64,000 nucleotides of DNA, taken from Candidatus Latescibacterota bacterium. Its GTDB lineage: Bacteria; Latescibacterota; UBA2968; GCA-2709665. The DNA is taken from contig OZ242358.1 in NCBI GenBank assembly GCA_965208835.1, positions 5,056,001 through 5,120,000 on the forward strand, written 5' to 3'. Numbering within the stretch: the stretch's first letter is position 1; every line of letters begins with the position of its first letter. A program made the translations under genes and the position numbers. Below, in pieces: positions 38,239 to 48,224 of this stretch. A model generated the notes under the pieces. The model was not told the DNA's origin. It saw nothing but the letters and a program-made list of their open reading frames with translations, and made no database searches.

Positions 38239-39807
38239 TTACTCCACCGCATTAGACCGCATCTCCGCTCTCAGGGGCCCGAACATGCCGTGGCCCCATT
38301 GGATATCCGCGTCCTTGACCGTCTTCTCCGCATGTCCGGGTCGGACCGGCGCCGTACCCAGAATCCGGCCGTCCTGCGCGATGCTGATCCGCTCCTCGTC
38401 GATGGTAAACTCCAGCGTCGTCGGCTTTCCCGTCCAGGCAACGGGCGCGGAAACGCTTCCGGGTTTTCTCACGCGGTAGACCTTCCGGTACTGGTTCCAC
38501 ACCTCGTCATCGTGCAGAAACGAATGCCGCATGTCACGCACAGGGCAACCCTTTGCGCTCACGGAGAGGTAAAGCGCATCCCCCATCGGCGCCAGACCGG
38601 TCACGCGCTGTCCCCAGTCGTTGGCCACCAGGTCAGTACCATGTTCCTCGTTGTATGCGACCACCCGGTCTTCGTAGGGATGGTTCATCTTGTCCGTAAT
38701 CGGCGGCTTGCGGAACATTCGTTTCACGAAATGCCACGCGTCTGCGTGCGCATCGTACCGCCACAATTCCGACCAGGGCCATACCCCCACGTAGACGTCC
38801 CCTCCGTATATCGCCGTTGTCTGCGCCTCCCGCACGTTGCCGGACACGCCCGGCATCACGGGAGGATAGTCTTTCAGATGGCGCAGCTCGCTGCGGTCGT
38901 ACCTGAACAGGTTTCCCGTGGGGTACTGTGCGATCAGCAACTCGTCGTACCAGTTCAACATCGAATACAGCTGAAAGCTCACGCCCGCCAGCGATGCCCG
39001 CACGATCTTCCACTTGGACCCGTCAAATACGTATACGCCCCCCATGTTGGAGGAATTCACGATCTCATCCCCGAGTTGGCCGATTGAGAACGGCGTCTCC
39101 TGGGGATACTTGAGATCCAGCGTCACCGCCTTGTCCAGGTCCACCGGTCCCCCACCCGGCGTCCATGGCACGGCATAGAGCGTCGTAAAAGGTGGATCCG
39201 AATCCTGGTCCTTGTGGAAAAACGTAAGGTGGCCCAGGGCGTAGTAGAAATGATGATAGCGTCCTTTCGCGGGCTTCGGCAGGATTATCTCGCCGTCGTA
39301 CCGGGCCTCGCTCTCCTTGAACTGGAAGACCTTCCCGGCAATCCGCATCTTTCCGTCGCCGCCCACGGTTTCGCCTTCGCCGAAACTCTCGTCCACCTGC
39401 CACCCGCCCGCCTCGTCGTCCCACCAGCGCGCGGTCCGGTCCTGGTGATAGCTGCACGAGTACACCCGGCCATCCAGATCGAACAGATAGCTCCCCCCGT
39501 CCTCCGTGGATGGCGGCAGGGTCTCGAATTCCGCCTCCGCCTCGTCGTCGCGCAGGAAAAACTGCAGCGTGAACCGGTCCATTCTGAACGCCGTGTTGTA
39601 GACCCCCACAAAGCCCGCGCCCAGAACCGCACGGCCGTCCCTGTCCCGGGCTTCGAACAGAGAACCCCAGTTCTGCCCCACGTCCTGTCCGAAATTGATC
39701 GTTGCTGTAATTTTCATGAGATGTGTCTCCCCGGCAAGCCCCGGCAGCGGCCAGAGCAGCAACGTGAAAAGGATCCAGTTCACGACACGTCGGTTTGAAA
39801 CGACCAT
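38239..39807 (-). CDS. Hypothetical secreted protein (possibly beta-propeller)
   Basis: 522-aa ORF with signal peptide, beta-rich; no family recognised. Confidence 0.65.
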   Translation of the reverse strand: MVVSNRRVVNWILFTLLLWPLPGLAGETHLMKITATINFGQDVGQNWGSLFEARDRDGRAVLGAGFVGVYNTAFRMDRFTLQFFLRDDEAEAEFETLPPSTEDGGSYLFDLDGRVYSCSYHQDRTARWWDDEAGGWQVDESFGEGETVGGDGKMRIAGKVFQFKESEARYDGEIILPKPAKGRYHHFYYALGHLTFFHKDQDSDPPFTTLYAVPWTPGGGPVDLDKAVTLDLKYPQETPFSIGQLGDEIVNSSNMGGVYVFDGSKWKIVRASLAGVSFQLYSMLNWYDELLIAQYPTGNLFRYDRSELRHLKDYPPVMPGVSGNVREAQTTAIYGGDVYVGVWPWSELWRYDAHADAWHFVKRMFRKPPITDKMNHPYEDRVVAYNEEHGTDLVANDWGQRVTGLAPMGDALYLSVSAKGCPVRDMRHSFLHDDEVWNQYRKVYRVRKPGSVSAPVAWTGKPTTLEFTIDEERISIAQDGRILGTAPVRPGHAEKTVKDADIQWGHGMFGPLRAEMRSNAVE

Positions 39808-39809
39808 GG

Positions 39810-40772
39810 CTAAAACGCCAGGACGACCTTGACCGCGCCTTCCCTTTCGGGATGCTCGAATGCCAGATCGAACGCGTCCTGGATCTTTTCAAAGGGCAAC
39901 AGGTGCGTCAGCATGGGACGCACATCCAGCCGGCCCTGGGTGATCCAATCCAGCGCCGCCGTATAATCCAGGTCCGGATTCGGGCCCACGGACGTGACGA
40001 TCTGCAGTTCCTTCCTGAACATCTCCATAAACGCCAGGGTCATCCGTCCCTCGGCGTTCTCCTTGTTCGGCACGCCGAAATAGACCAGCGTACCGTTCTG
40101 ACGCCACAGGTCGCCGCAAAGGTTGAACGTCGATTCCCTGCCCACGGCCTCCACCGCCAGGTCCACCATCTCCCCGCCGGTGATTTCCGAAATCGCTTCC
40201 GAGAGATCGCAGGTCTCCGGATTGATGGTATGGGTGGCGCCCATATCCGGCGACACAGACAGCCGGTGGGGCAGCGGGTCCACGCCGATGATGTACCTTG
40301 CGCCCAGGTTGCGCAGTGTGGCGTTGAACAGTTGTCCCACCGCACCCTGGCCCATCACCAGCGCGTTCCTGTTGATCACGTTTCCGAGTTTATAGAAACA
40401 GTGAATAACCGTCCCCAGCAACTGGCTCATCAGAGCGACCTCCGGCTCGAGGTCCATCGGCAGTTTGACGCACCCCGCCGGATCGGCCAGCACGTATTCC
40501 TGAAACAGGCCCCGGTCGAAGCCCCAGAGCAGCACCCTGTCGCCGGCACGATAGGCGTCGGAGGCACAGGCCTCTACGATACCGAGACCTTCATGCCCGG
40601 TCTGCCCAAGTCCCATCGGATACGACGCGCCGATGCCATAGAACGCCGGTTTGTCCGTACCGCAAATTCCCGCCCGCTCCAGACGCACCAGCATCATATC
40701 CCTTGTTGGCTCGGGTCTCTCCACTTCGGCGATTTCCCAACGCTTCGGCGCGACCAATCTAGCCGCCTTCAT
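39810..40772 (-). CDS. Zinc-binding medium-chain dehydrogenase
   Basis: 'GICGTD', 'GHEG.G', 'GQGAVG'. Confidence 0.9.
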   Translation of the reverse strand: MKAARLVAPKRWEIAEVERPEPTRDMMLVRLERAGICGTDKPAFYGIGASYPMGLGQTGHEGLGIVEACASDAYRAGDRVLLWGFDRGLFQEYVLADPAGCVKLPMDLEPEVALMSQLLGTVIHCFYKLGNVINRNALVMGQGAVGQLFNATLRNLGARYIIGVDPLPHRLSVSPDMGATHTINPETCDLSEAISEITGGEMVDLAVEAVGRESTFNLCGDLWRQNGTLVYFGVPNKENAEGRMTLAFMEMFRKELQIVTSVGPNPDLDYTAALDWITQGRLDVRPMLTHLLPFEKIQDAFDLAFEHPEREGAVKVVLAF

Positions 40773-40791
40773 CTATCCCGACCTTTCTCTC

Positions 40792-42054
40792 TTACAAACA
40801 GTCCCAAACCGGCCAATCCTGGCTCTGAAGCCGTTTCCACAATCCGTCGAACTGCTCGCTGCCGTCGTCCTCCCACTCATCCAGCCGAACGCCGGGCGCA
40901 AAGGACTCGTCCACACCCTGCTTCATCAGCCGCTCGGCCTGTTGCAGATTCCGATAATAATGCCTTAGCCCGCCCGGTAACGTCACGACTGACAGATGCC
41001 GGGGCCATTCCACCGCTTGCGTCTCGCTGTACTTCGCGACGGCATCGTCGTCCAACGCCACACCCAGGCCAGGCGCCTCCGGGACCTTCATAAAACCGCG
41101 CTGGATTGGATGCGCGTCCACGATCAGGTCGTCTTCGTAGGAATGGCTGGCCGTTACCCCCGGCAGCGTCGCCGTTGGCATCACCGCACCCAGGTGCAGC
41201 GCGAACGCCGTCGTGATTCCCGTTCCCACGTATTGCAGCAGGATCGGCGTATTCGCCGCGGCGAACGTCCACCCCGCCGCCAGCGCGTCGCGCACGCACT
41301 CGTGGCTGCACAGCGCACCTTCGAAGTCGCCGGCCCGAAGCCCGGTCCACGGACCGGACGGCTGCCGGGAGGCCGCCTCGGAAAGCACACGCACGCCGTG
41401 CAGATAGAATGGAATGCGGATCTCGCCGTGCAGCCGGCGCCATCCTTCGATATCGTAGGCAAAGATCGGCTCCTCGACGCCCTTCACCACCGGGATCTTC
41501 TCCAGCGCCCGAAGCACAGGCAGCGCTTTTTCCACGCAGATCAGCGCCCCGTTGAAGTCGAATTCCACGCGAAAATCCGGAGGCGCCACGTCCTGAATAA
41601 CCTGAGCGCATTCCACGACGTCATAAAACGCGCGCGCCTTGCACTTCAGCCCGCGGTACCCGCGTTCCGCCGCCACCCGGACTTCGGCTGCCGTATCCTC
41701 CGGCGACATGCTCGGCATCCACCAGCCCATCGCCACCCATTGACGCGCCTGCTGACCCATCACCTTCCACGCGGGCAGGCCCAGGTGCTTCCCCATGAGA
41801 TCGTAGCACGCCATATCCAGATTGAACCTGCCCCGGCCCATCACGTGGTCGAACGGGTCCGTGCCTATATAGGCATCCAGTGCCTGCTGTTCGAGCGGCG
41901 GTCCGGGGTTTTCGCCCAGTCCCTCGAGCCCGGTATCCGTATGAAATCTGTAAACCGTCACTTCCTCCGGCATCGCGAAGTGATGGTACGCCTTTCGGAT
42001 TCGCGCTTCATACGGTACCCGCAGGGGAATGACTTCGATTTCGGTGATTTTCAT
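40792..42054 (-). CDS. Mandelate racemase/muconate lactonising enzyme family (enolase superfamily)
   Basis: 'MKITEIEV', 'DMACYDLMGK', 'LKCK', 'DFNG', 'VEEP', 'PEAPGLGV'. Confidence 0.88.
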   Translation of the reverse strand: MKITEIEVIPLRVPYEARIRKAYHHFAMPEEVTVYRFHTDTGLEGLGENPGPPLEQQALDAYIGTDPFDHVMGRGRFNLDMACYDLMGKHLGLPAWKVMGQQARQWVAMGWWMPSMSPEDTAAEVRVAAERGYRGLKCKARAFYDVVECAQVIQDVAPPDFRVEFDFNGALICVEKALPVLRALEKIPVVKGVEEPIFAYDIEGWRRLHGEIRIPFYLHGVRVLSEAASRQPSGPWTGLRAGDFEGALCSHECVRDALAAGWTFAAANTPILLQYVGTGITTAFALHLGAVMPTATLPGVTASHSYEDDLIVDAHPIQRGFMKVPEAPGLGVALDDDAVAKYSETQAVEWPRHLSVVTLPGGLRHYYRNLQQAERLMKQGVDESFAPGVRLDEWEDDGSEQFDGLWKRLQSQDWPVWDCL

Positions 42055-42151
42055 GGGTATCGTCCTTGCCAGAGAGACCCGGAGGAAAAACGCCGTTCCC
42101 GCCAGCGTGCTGCGACGCTTGAATTGAGCCGTATGCGATGGTATATATAAT

Positions 42152-42356
42152 GCGGGTAGAGGTAAGACGGGAGAGGACCACACCACCTCCCACAACCTGG
42201 TGAGACGGGAGCCGGGAGACGGGAGAGATTACCTGCCTTGTGACGATTCTTCTCGTGCCGGAGGCAGAAAGGAAAAACACACCGGGCAAGGATATCATCT
42301 ACCGTCTACCCTCTTACCTCTACCCGCCTTTTTTCTTCCTTCTACCTTCTTCCTTC
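42152..42356. repeat. Heptad-armed hairpin element, copy 4 (with extra arm segments)
   Basis: Arms at 42152 and 42199; core GTGCCGGAGGCA; inverted arm to 42327 plus further heptads. Confidence 0.85.
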
Positions 42357-42381
42357 ATATTGCCTCTCGAAAGGTGTTCCC

Positions 42382-43320
42382 ATGCCCCAGCGCCTTGTCT
42401 ATTTCAATGGCAGCTACGTCTCCGAACGGGATGCCCGAATCTCAATTTTCGATTCGGCCCTGATGTTCGGCGACATGGTATTTGAAATGACCCGTTCATT
42501 CAAGCAAAAACCCTACCGCCTGCGCAACCACATGGACCGGCTTTATGCCTCGATGAAATACGCCCGGATCGACTGCGGCCTGAACATCGAGGAGATGGAA
42601 TCCGCCACCGAAGAGACCATCGAACGGAACCTGCCCGCGCTGGAGGGCCTGGACTATCAGATCATGCACAACGTCACCCGGGGCGCCCTTCCCCTGTATG
42701 ATACACTTGTGACCGAAGGCGTCAGTCCCGTCGTCACCATCAACGTCATTCCGCTCGTGCGCCACATCGGAGGCGCGGCACATGATTACCAACAGGGCGC
42801 CCACTTCGTGGTCACGCCCCAGCAATCCGTTCCGGCACGATACATCGATCCCAAGGCAAAGAACCGCAGCCGGATCTACTACCAGCTTGCCAATCTGCAG
42901 GCGCAACGCATGGAAACGGGCGCCAACGCCCTGCTCACCGACGAGCACGGGTTCATCACCGAAGGCACCGGAAACAACGTCTTCTTCGTCCTCAACGGAG
43001 AGGTCCTGACGCCCAAGCCCCACAATATCCTGCGGGGGGTCTCAAGACAGGTATGCATGGAACTCGCCAAAAAGCTGAATATCCCTGTCAATGAGGCCGA
43101 TATCGAACCCTACGACGTCCGTAACGCCGACGAAGCCTGGTACACGGCGACCACCATCTGCATGGCCCCCATCACACGCTTCGACTTTCAGCCAGTCGGC
43201 GCGGGACGACCCGGCCCGATCTATCGACGGCTTATCGACGCCTGGTCGGAGGAGGTCGGCGTGGACATCCCCGCGCAGGCCCGGGAATACGCGAAACGCG
43301 CGAAATCCTGGGCGCCGTGA
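42382..43320 (+). CDS. Class IV PLP aminotransferase (IlvE/Dat-like)
   Basis: 'ISIFDS...GDMVFE', 'ITEGTGNN', 'ILRGVSR'. Confidence 0.9.
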   Translation: MPQRLVYFNGSYVSERDARISIFDSALMFGDMVFEMTRSFKQKPYRLRNHMDRLYASMKYARIDCGLNIEEMESATEETIERNLPALEGLDYQIMHNVTRGALPLYDTLVTEGVSPVVTINVIPLVRHIGGAAHDYQQGAHFVVTPQQSVPARYIDPKAKNRSRIYYQLANLQAQRMETGANALLTDEHGFITEGTGNNVFFVLNGEVLTPKPHNILRGVSRQVCMELAKKLNIPVNEADIEPYDVRNADEAWYTATTICMAPITRFDFQPVGAGRPGPIYRRLIDAWSEEVGVDIPAQAREYAKRAKSWAP

Positions 43321-43384
43321 TCGCCGGCGTAAAAACCGGACCACATCGACTCATTGTCCAAATCCATCACACGGAGCGACATCA

Positions 43385-44380
43385 ATGTCGTCATACAGAG
43401 CGGTACTCATCGGCTGCGGTAACGTCTCCGGCCGCCACGCGAGAGCCTACCTGGCACAGGGCAACGTCGAGCTTGTCGCCGCCTGCGACGTCAACCCGGA
43501 TAATCTGAGCAGAACCTGCGACGAACTCAACATTCGGGGTCGATACGCGTCACATCAGGACCTCTTCCGGCACGAGCGGGGCGTCGATCTCGTCAGCGTA
43601 TGCACCTACCCGATGGTCCACGCCGAGCAGACCATCGCCGCCGCCAACGCCGGCGCAAAAGCGGTACTGTGTGAGAAACCGATGTGTCTGAACCTGGACG
43701 AGGCCGACGGCATGATTCGGGCCTGCAGGCGGAACGACACCCGGCTGGTCATTGCTCATCGCCATCGCCAGAGTCCAAACTTCAACAAGGCGCGGCGTCT
43801 CATCGCCGAAGGCGCGATTGGCGAACCCCGCCTCGTCTGGAGCTATCTGACCAGTTGCATTGTAGACAACGGCACCCACATCGTCGACATGATGCGCTAC
43901 CTTCTCGGCGACCCGGAGGCGGACTGGGTGATGGGACAGGCCTCCCGGAAGCGCGACACCCTGTATCAGGGTTCCCCCGCCGAAGAATCCAGCGTCGGGC
44001 TCGTCGCCTTCAGGACCGGGACTCGCGCGGTGTTGGAAATGGGCGAAAGAACGCCGAAAGACGGGTTCCGCTTTCGAGTTCTGGGAAGCGAAGGGACGAT
44101 AGACGCCGCCCTGGACGAAGTGGTCCTCACCGACAGGAACGGCATCACAACATTTCGGGATGAACCCGTCCCGGGGTTTGTCGAACAGACACGGGAAATG
44201 ATCGCGTGGCTGGAAGGGGGACCCGAACACCGGAGCAGTGGTGCGAAAGGCCGGGCCGCAACCGAACTTCTCGTGGCCATGCACGAATCCGCCCGCACAC
44301 GCGAACTGATCGAACTGCCGCTCGAGATCGGGTATGATCCGATGAAGAAACGTGTAGGAGAAAATCAAGCTGTCAGCTAA
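43385..44380 (+). CDS. Gfo/Idh/MocA oxidoreductase
   Basis: 'IGCGNVS', 'LCEKPM', 'DNGTH'. Confidence 0.9.
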   Translation: MSSYRAVLIGCGNVSGRHARAYLAQGNVELVAACDVNPDNLSRTCDELNIRGRYASHQDLFRHERGVDLVSVCTYPMVHAEQTIAAANAGAKAVLCEKPMCLNLDEADGMIRACRRNDTRLVIAHRHRQSPNFNKARRLIAEGAIGEPRLVWSYLTSCIVDNGTHIVDMMRYLLGDPEADWVMGQASRKRDTLYQGSPAEESSVGLVAFRTGTRAVLEMGERTPKDGFRFRVLGSEGTIDAALDEVVLTDRNGITTFRDEPVPGFVEQTREMIAWLEGGPEHRSSGAKGRAATELLVAMHESARTRELIELPLEIGYDPMKKRVGENQAVS

Positions 44381-44849
44381 ACGCGAAGAGCAAGATCAAA
44401 ATCCACCTCGCCCCACTACCCAGACCTGTCAAAGAAGCTATCAGCTATCGGCCGTCAGCTAAAGGCAAAAAACAAGAGTCAAAATCAAAATCCACATCTC
44501 CCCGAATTCCCTGCCTACGGCGTGTTTCTTGAAACCGGTGAGAGGGGAGACGGTAGAGGGGAGAGAAGCAGGAAAACCGGCCTCACACAAAGGCACGAAG
44601 ACACAAAAGGACACAAAGGGAAAACCGGAAACACCGACACGGCGGGCGACCACAAGGGTCGCCCCTACAAAGCCAATGACGGAGACACAAAAGGACGCAA
44701 AGGGAAAGGCGAAAAGCGGTGAGACGCAAGAGGGTAAACGGGAGAGGACCGCCCCGCGCTACACCCGGATTCGTGCCCTCTCTCGTGATCCATTTCTATT
44801 TAGCCGTGAGCGAGAGTCCGGCTTCGAGGGTGTCATATGGGAGAGTTAT

Positions 44850-46637
44850 CTACCCTTCTACCTTCTTCCCTCTACCTTCTTCCCTCCTTGATGACGGCGC
44901 CTTTTTTGGGGTGGCTTTGGTGTAGAGCCCGCCCCGACTCCGGTCATAGATGACCTCGATGCTCCCGTTATTCGATACCAGACGTGGCACGTTGCTACTC
45001 TTCTCGTCGCGGTCCGGTCCACGCATCACCGCCAGCTGCGCCTCATCCATCCCCTCCAGAAGATCCCCCCACCGTTCCTCCGGGGTCGCCATTGTCGGCC
45101 CGCCGTTGAAGTGCCGCGAGGAGTACCGCGTGAGAATGACGCGGCGCGGCACGTCGCTCTTCCACGCCAGCGCGCCGTGCGCCTGCGGGCCGTCCATGAA
45201 GAAGATGACGTCCCCGGCCTTCGTCAGCGGATGTAAGACCAGCCCCATGTCCTCGTCGCAGGTCCAGACGCCCTTCGGGATGCCGTACTGCGACTTGTGG
45301 CTTCCGGGCACGCAGGCAAATCCCCCGTCGTCTTCGGTGACATCCCGCAGTTGCCATGCCACGCCGACGGACGGCCCCCCCAGCGCATAGCTACGGCCGT
45401 TCTGGAAAGTATAGTTGCGAGACGGGCTCAACGGCTCGTTGCCGCCATGGAGGAAGTGTCCGGCGCCGCCCCTGGGCGTACAGATCGCTTCGAATCCCGT
45501 ACACCGGAAGCCCTTCCCGCCCATCCAGGTGAGGCGGTGGACCACCGCGGGGTGGGCAAGCATCTTCCTGAAGGGTTCACAGTAGGGCCTGGGCATTTCA
45601 AGCAGACCGGTTATGGTGGGCCGGCCGGTCCCGGCCAGGCTCTTCGACCCCATGGCGAGGTCTACGCTTTCGACCACGATGCGGTCTGAAAACCGGTCGA
45701 TCGCCTCGTTCGCCAGCGCCAGGTCTTCCGGAGTCATCACGTTTCGGAGGACCAGATGACCGCACAGGTCCCAAAAATAAAACTCCTTCTCGTCGATGTT
45801 CGAATCCGGATTCCTGATATAGATGGAAGGGTGGGACAGGTCGGGTTCCGGGTCCACCCAACAGGTCTCTCCATCGGAACTGAGCGTGGGAGGCGGGTCC
45901 GTATCGCTGTATCCGGGCTTGTGGAGCATCACACGCTGCTCCGGCGTCAGTTGCTCCATCCATTCCGGCTGGTCTTCCCGCCGTGTCTTCGGTCCGGTCC
46001 CGGTGGACTGCACCGCCGCGTGCCCCGCGTAACTGTACTGGAGCAGCTGCTGCGGGTGCTCCGCCGCTCCGTGACGGACGCCCTGCAGCAGGGTCGCCGC
46101 GCACAGCATCAGGTCTCCCGCGTCAAGCGACGGCTGCACGGTAAGTCCCAGGTCGTCCCTTCCCGTCAGCACGTCTTCAGGGGTTTCAACGTTGCTCTTG
46201 TGGCTGCACGGGACCAGCGAAAACCCGCCGTCTCCCGCGCTCGCATCGGACAGCGCCCAGATGGCGTGTATTCCCTGGCAGTGCCGGCGGCCGTTGAGAA
46301 TGTAGTAGGCCCGGCCGGCGTCCATCGGCTCATTGCCGCCAACGAGGCCGCCGGCGGCCCCCTCCGCGCTGCCGATTAGCTGCGGCCCCCTGTCGAGACG
46401 GAAACCGTATCCGATCAACTGGTTCAGGTAATTCACCAGAAGGGGATGGACCATCAGGTCGCGGAACGGCTCCCTGTGCGGCGCGGGCCATCCCAGCATC
46501 CCATTCTCGCTGCCTGCGAGCTCGAGCGCCCGATTGCAGGCTTCGATCTCTCCGGGAGTCAAAACGCCCCGCAAAATCAGGTAGCCCGAGATATCGAAAC
46601 AATAATTCTCCTCGTGGCTCATCTCTTGCCGGTCCAT
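44850..46637 (-). CDS. Tandem-domain PhyH family dioxygenase
   Basis: 'YCFDISGYLIL' and 'YFWDLCGHLVL'; 'GGFSLVPCSHK' and 'GGFACVPGSHK'; GGAGG RBS. Confidence 0.85.
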   Translation of the reverse strand: MDRQEMSHEENYCFDISGYLILRGVLTPGEIEACNRALELAGSENGMLGWPAPHREPFRDLMVHPLLVNYLNQLIGYGFRLDRGPQLIGSAEGAAGGLVGGNEPMDAGRAYYILNGRRHCQGIHAIWALSDASAGDGGFSLVPCSHKSNVETPEDVLTGRDDLGLTVQPSLDAGDLMLCAATLLQGVRHGAAEHPQQLLQYSYAGHAAVQSTGTGPKTRREDQPEWMEQLTPEQRVMLHKPGYSDTDPPPTLSSDGETCWVDPEPDLSHPSIYIRNPDSNIDEKEFYFWDLCGHLVLRNVMTPEDLALANEAIDRFSDRIVVESVDLAMGSKSLAGTGRPTITGLLEMPRPYCEPFRKMLAHPAVVHRLTWMGGKGFRCTGFEAICTPRGGAGHFLHGGNEPLSPSRNYTFQNGRSYALGGPSVGVAWQLRDVTEDDGGFACVPGSHKSQYGIPKGVWTCDEDMGLVLHPLTKAGDVIFFMDGPQAHGALAWKSDVPRRVILTRYSSRHFNGGPTMATPEERWGDLLEGMDEAQLAVMRGPDRDEKSSNVPRLVSNNGSIEVIYDRSRGGLYTKATPKKAPSSRREEGRGKKVEG

Positions 46638-47025
46638 TTCCAACCTCCTGTATATTGTTCAATCTCCAGAGATAAGCTAATATGTAATATTCATGGTACT
46701 TGTGGATAACCGGAGGTGTCAACAGAAAACGGGACGCGCCGTATTGCGGGCAACCACAAGGGTTGCCCCTACCAATGCAACGACGGCACAGCGAGGGCAG
46801 GATGCCCTCGCTCCGATATTAGACATTCACGTGTCCGGCTGCATGGGCCGCCCCGAAAAGTGTTACCTATGTGCCCGAACAGATGTTACTCTCTGTAGCA
46901 GTCAGCTATCGGCCGTCAGCTAAAGACGAAGAGCAAGATCAAAAGCAACCGCTCCGCCCGACCCCGCAGACCTCTCTTCCCGGCTCTCTCTCCCGCAGGG
47001 AGAGAGGGAGGAAGACCGAAAAGGC

Positions 47026-47129
47026 GGGCGCCCACAAGGGACGCCCCTACAAATACAGCGACGGCGCGGAACCAGGATAGCTCACTTCATGGACGTTTGG
47101 TTCTGTAGGGGCGTCCCTTGTGGGCGCCC
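47026..47129. repeat. Inverted pair of GTAG-type REPs (REPIN-like)
   Basis: GGGCGCCCACAAGGGACGCCCCTAC and its reverse complement; relatives at 36606, 44644, 46748. Confidence 0.85.
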
Positions 47130-47179
47130 GGCCACTGGCGTTACACTCTCACCTCTACCCTCTTTGAAAGGATTTCACC

Positions 47180-48142
47180 ATGTCAGATTTGAAAGCGGCG
47201 GTGATCGGCTGCGGGGGCCACGCGCAGTCGCACCTTCAGATGATCGCGGACGAACCGCGACTCAGGCTGGCGGGCATCGCGGAACTCGATGAAGAGCGGT
47301 TGCGCATGAACCGGGCAGAATGGACGCCCGAGCAGGCCTTTGTCGACTATCGACAGATGCTGGACGCGTGCGCACCGGACCTCGTGTACGTTGTCACGAA
47401 TCCGGGGCATCTGCTGCCCATTGTAATCGATTGCCTGGAACGCGGGATCCATACATCGGTGGAGAAATCGCCCGGAATGAACGTGGACGAGACCTCTCGA
47501 ATGGCGCGCGCCGCCCGGGATAGCGACGGCAAGGGCATCGTGTCCTTCAACCGTCGATACTATCCCCAGGTGCTGGCCGTCCGGCGGCGCATCCAGGCCG
47601 GCGGGGGCGCGGTACACGTCGCCGCCACGTACAACAAGCCGTTATCCCGGTTTAAAGCCGCAACCCCCGATCCGGTGATCTGCGACGCCATACACCACGT
47701 GGACCTGATCCGCTGGTTGGCCGGTGCCGACCCGGAGGAAGCGGCGATACCGGTGGAGGTGCGGGGGATGGTGCAGGACGGCGAGCGCCCCGTATGCCAT
47801 CGTCACAATGCCGTGGTTCGTTTCGACACGGGCGCCTTCGGCGTCCTGATGTGCCACTACGGCGTGGGCTACCGCATCCAGCGGGCAGAAGTGCACGGGG
47901 AGGACCTGTCGGTGTATCTGGATCTGACGCGGGCGCCGCAGGTGGAGGGATATGAACGGGGAGAGGGATTTTCGGTGGGGGACGACGAAATCGAGGCCGT
48001 GGGCGGGGCGGGCTTCAACGAGATCGTCCACTTCGTCGACTGCATACTTGAAGACCGTACGCCATGGTCGACCCTGGACGACGCCGTTCAGACCATGCGT
48101 CTATGCGAGGCCATCCGCGCCGGGCACGTTGGGGAGTTGTAG
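47180..48142 (+). CDS. Gfo/Idh/MocA oxidoreductase
   Basis: 'IGCGGHA', 'VEKSP', 'FNRRY', 'DAIH'. Confidence 0.88.
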   Translation: MSDLKAAVIGCGGHAQSHLQMIADEPRLRLAGIAELDEERLRMNRAEWTPEQAFVDYRQMLDACAPDLVYVVTNPGHLLPIVIDCLERGIHTSVEKSPGMNVDETSRMARAARDSDGKGIVSFNRRYYPQVLAVRRRIQAGGGAVHVAATYNKPLSRFKAATPDPVICDAIHHVDLIRWLAGADPEEAAIPVEVRGMVQDGERPVCHRHNAVVRFDTGAFGVLMCHYGVGYRIQRAEVHGEDLSVYLDLTRAPQVEGYERGEGFSVGDDEIEAVGGAGFNEIVHFVDCILEDRTPWSTLDDAVQTMRLCEAIRAGHVGEL

Positions 48143-48224
48143 AGGTGCGGGGCTCGTGGAGAACGGGACGAGGAGGTGCGTCGTCCACCCTGGTCGGCTG
48201 CTGACTCAAGACCCGTAGAGTTCG

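Noticed and set aside
46857-46895. Possible IS481-like terminus (TGTTACCTATGT...TGTTAC)
   Set aside because: Single short end with no partner and no transposase.
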